Below are positions 61,974 to 64,000 of a stretch of 64,000 nucleotides of DNA, one piece after another. Numbering within the stretch: the first letter of the stretch is position 1; each line of letters starts with the position of its first letter. Both the position numbers and the translations under genes were made by a program. The notes under the pieces were generated by a model. That model saw only the letters and a list, made by a program, of their open reading frames with translations, was not told the DNA's origin and did not search any database. This stretch comes from an uncultured Planctomycetaceae bacterium (GTDB lineage Bacteria; Planctomycetota; Phycisphaerae; Sedimentisphaerales; UBA12454). The stretch covers positions 134,796 through 198,795 of the forward strand of contig CAYUYR010000001.1 in NCBI GenBank assembly GCA_964449435.1. Direction: 5' to 3'.

Positions 61974-62585
61974 ATGCCAATGATGAAAAAAATTGTGCCG
62001 ATAGTTTTGCTCGCTGCCTACGTGAGCGTATTTGCCGTTTGCGCGGTCTCGCCTTACGACAGGGGCGTTTGGCTCGTCGAGAATATTCCCATCGTTCTGA
62101 TAGTCGCCGTCAACCTTGTCATTTATAGATATTTCAAATTCAGTCCGCTAAGTTTCATTCTTATGTCGTTTCTGATTATTCTGCATACCATCGGCGGCCA
62201 TTTCACTTTTGAGCGTGTGCCTTTCGGCTTTGTTACGGAACTTTTCGGATTTACGCGAAATCATTACGACAGGGTTTCGCATTTTACCGTCGGTTTTTAC
62301 GCCTATCCGCTGGCTGAAATTCTGCTCGTCAAAAAACTTGTCCGCTCAAAATGGATATTGGCGATGTTTCCGATATTCGCGATATTCACCGTAGCGGCGG
62401 GCTATGAGATATTCGAATGGCTCTATGCGCTTTCTGCCGAGGCCGCAGCGGGGGCGGCGGTGCTCGGCTCGCAGGGCGATGTCTGGGACGCTCAAAAAGA
62501 TATGCTCGCAGATGGACTGGGGGCGGTCTTCGCAATTGCGCTTTTCTGGGCGGTAAATCGCAGGCAAATAAAGCAAATCGGCTGA
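61974..62585 (+). CDS. DUF2238 (YjdF-like) inner-membrane protein
   Basis: 203 aa. 'HTIGGHFTFERVPFG', 'RNHYDRVSHFTVGF', 'GSQGDVWDAQKDMLAD'. Confidence 0.7.
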   Translation: MPMMKKIVPIVLLAAYVSVFAVCAVSPYDRGVWLVENIPIVLIVAVNLVIYRYFKFSPLSFILMSFLIILHTIGGHFTFERVPFGFVTELFGFTRNHYDRVSHFTVGFYAYPLAEILLVKKLVRSKWILAMFPIFAIFTVAAGYEIFEWLYALSAEAAAGAAVLGSQGDVWDAQKDMLADGLGAVFAIALFWAVNRRQIKQIG

Positions 62586-62640
62586 TTTTACAAAATCAGG
62601 CAGTAAGGCACGCAGTTTTCTATATATTTATTGTTTTTTT

Positions 62641-62667
62641 AGTGTCTTTGTGCCTTCGTGGCTGTAC
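62641..62667. repeat. TGTG block (CTTTGTGC CTTCGTGGC)
   Basis: agtgtCTTTGTGCCTTCGTGGCtgtac. Reverse complement of the block at 67..93. Confidence 0.6.
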
Positions 62668-62772
62668 GTCCGATAAATCTTATTTTAGGGTGTTCGGTAT
62701 AATTTTAGATTAAACGCGTCTCTGTATTTGTCGAAGTTAGGTTTGGACAGATTTTTTTAGAGGCGCGAAAAA

Positions 62773-63198
62773 ATGACAATCAAAAAAATTGCACGAACCG
62801 TATTCGACAGTTTTCAGAACAGCGACATTATACTGACGATTCTCGACCGAGGCGGCAGTTATGTATCCAATAAGGTAGAGGTTTTCGAGCAGGTTTTTTC
62901 CAGACAGGAACTGCTCGCTAATCTTTGCGGGCGAATCGACGACGGCTGCGAGCCGCTCATCGCTCAAATCGGCGATTATTCCGTTGCCGCGACGGGCTTT
63001 TCAGCTAACGGTAGTTTCGGCGGTTATGCGGTAATGCTGCTGCCGGGCTGCAATCTTGAAAAAGCGGTCGGCTGCACAGATTTTATCGAGATTATATTGA
63101 GTCAGATTGCGCTCCTCGCCGAGCGGGCAGTGCAGGATTCGCAAATCCCAGGCCTGAATTATCAGGCTCAATTACAGACCGAATCGGTTTTGAATTAA
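62773..63198 (+). CDS. Hypothetical protein
   Basis: 141-aa ORF. No family recognised. Confidence 0.4.
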   Translation: MTIKKIARTVFDSFQNSDIILTILDRGGSYVSNKVEVFEQVFSRQELLANLCGRIDDGCEPLIAQIGDYSVAATGFSANGSFGGYAVMLLPGCNLEKAVGCTDFIEIILSQIALLAERAVQDSQIPGLNYQAQLQTESVLN

Positions 63199-63309
63199 GA
63201 CACGCCTGCCCTGTAGGATTGTTTCGCAATCCGTATCGGGGCCTGCCCTGAGCTTGCCGAAGGGGCCTGTCGGTATAACGCTTTCATCTTTTGAAAAAAG
63301 TTCAATAGT

Positions 63310-64000
63310 TTACGAAAGACTGAGTTGGCAGTGTCGAGCATTACTCTTAGATTGAGACTGCACAAATAGACTTGGTTCTCTCCTCGTATTTTCTATTCTT
63401 TGAGTAGCTATATCAAAATATGATTGATCAATTTCTATTCCGATAAAGTTTCTGCCTAATTGCTTAGCCACAACACCTGTAGTGCCAGAACCCATAAAAG
63501 GATCAAGAACAGTGTCGCCTTCTTTGCTTCCAATAAGTATTATCCTTTGTAACAGAGTTTCAGGTTTTTCTGTTGGATGACTAGTTAGATGTCTGCTGGC
63601 TGGCAGAATCCATAGGTTGCGCATTTGTTTGCCGCCGTTGATTTGTCTTGCTAATTCATAATTGAAATAATATTTTTTCGATTTACTTGCCAACCAAATT
63701 AACTCCGTTGAAGGTGCACAACGATTACCTTGTAACAATGGGGCAGCATTGGGTTTGAACCATATAATGTCATTTATTATCCACATACCCAGTTTTTTCA
63801 ATAAAACACCTATTGATGGATGATTATGTAATGTTCCTGATATCCAAATAGTTCCATCGTCTTTTAGGACTCTGAGACAGGCCTCTATCCATTGTTTATT
63901 AAATTTATGTATGTCTTCTATCTCGTCCCATTCTCCCTTATTACATATAGCAACTTTCCCATTTTTGCATGTAAGATGATTTTTACCAGATAGATTATAT
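63310..64000 (-). CDS. Beta-class N4/N6 DNA methyltransferase (5'-partial; continues past window end)
   Basis: 'VLDPFMGSGTTGVVAKQLGRNFIGIEID' (motif I at the C-terminus). My hand translation shows the frame stays open upstream of the listed TTG start to nt 64000 ('...LKDDGTIWISGTLHNHPSIGVLLKKLGMWIINDIIWFKPNAAP'). Very AT-rich. Confidence 0.8.
   Translation of the reverse strand, partial: YNLSGKNHLTCKNGKVAICNKGEWDEIEDIHKFNKQWIEACLRVLKDDGTIWISGTLHNHPSIGVLLKKLGMWIINDIIWFKPNAAPLLQGNRCAPSTELIWLASKSKKYYFNYELARQINGGKQMRNLWILPASRHLTSHPTEKPETLLQRIILIGSKEGDTVLDPFMGSGTTGVVAKQLGRNFIGIEIDQSYFDIATQRIENTRREPSLFVQSQSKSNARHCQLSLS

Noticed and set aside
60387-64000. Direct repeat of the tRNA-Gln 3' end (att site) that would delimit an island.
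   Set aside because: I did not find one within the window. The island call therefore remains tentative and is reported as such.

Overview
The window is a chromosomal segment from a PVC-superphylum bacterium, most likely Planctomycetota (Phycisphaerae-like). That guess rests on pseudopilin-like proteins with prepilin-type N-termini ('[14 protein letters not shown]'), PEP-CTERM anchors, dockerin-like modules and a giant LamG protein. No rRNA or other marker is present to confirm it.

Gene content falls into five parts:
(i) A housekeeping backbone: gltX, thpR-recA-alaS, hisD, csp, mcsA-mcsB, queD, coaD, groES, an aroD-aroE fusion, an EF-G paralog, tRNA(CAT) and tRNA-Gln.
(ii) A compact EcoRV-like restriction-modification pair wedged between gltX and a PfkB kinase.
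(iii) An envelope/LPS cluster: an MsbA-like ABC exporter with a PDZ-like periplasmic insert, a GT2-GT4 fusion and a GT9.
(iv) A large alpha-glucan utilisation locus at about 33.5-51.2 kb. It holds an SSS symporter, four GH13 genes, a GH31, a pseudopilin-like protein and a PEP-CTERM putative glucan binder. Two of the GH13 genes form a 1.9-kb tandem duplication.
(v) A tRNA-adjacent accessory patch: a truncated HATPase fragment, dinD, a DUF2238 protein, and an AT-rich DNA methyltransferase running off the window edge.

The most novel-looking item is an orphan, monocistronic ParA/MinD-type ATPase fused to an AMPK-beta/CBM48-type glycogen-binding module (3481..4743). I read it as a candidate self-contained glycogen-granule positioning system.

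Other points worth follow-up:
- Gene-conversion signatures and long conserved leaders on the duplicated amylases.
- A starch-binding-like module copied across a gene boundary.
- Three families of short dispersed intergenic repeats.
- An orphan terminator or sRNA-like unit upstream of aroDE.

All family calls come from reading motifs and recalling reference sequences from memory. No database search was run.
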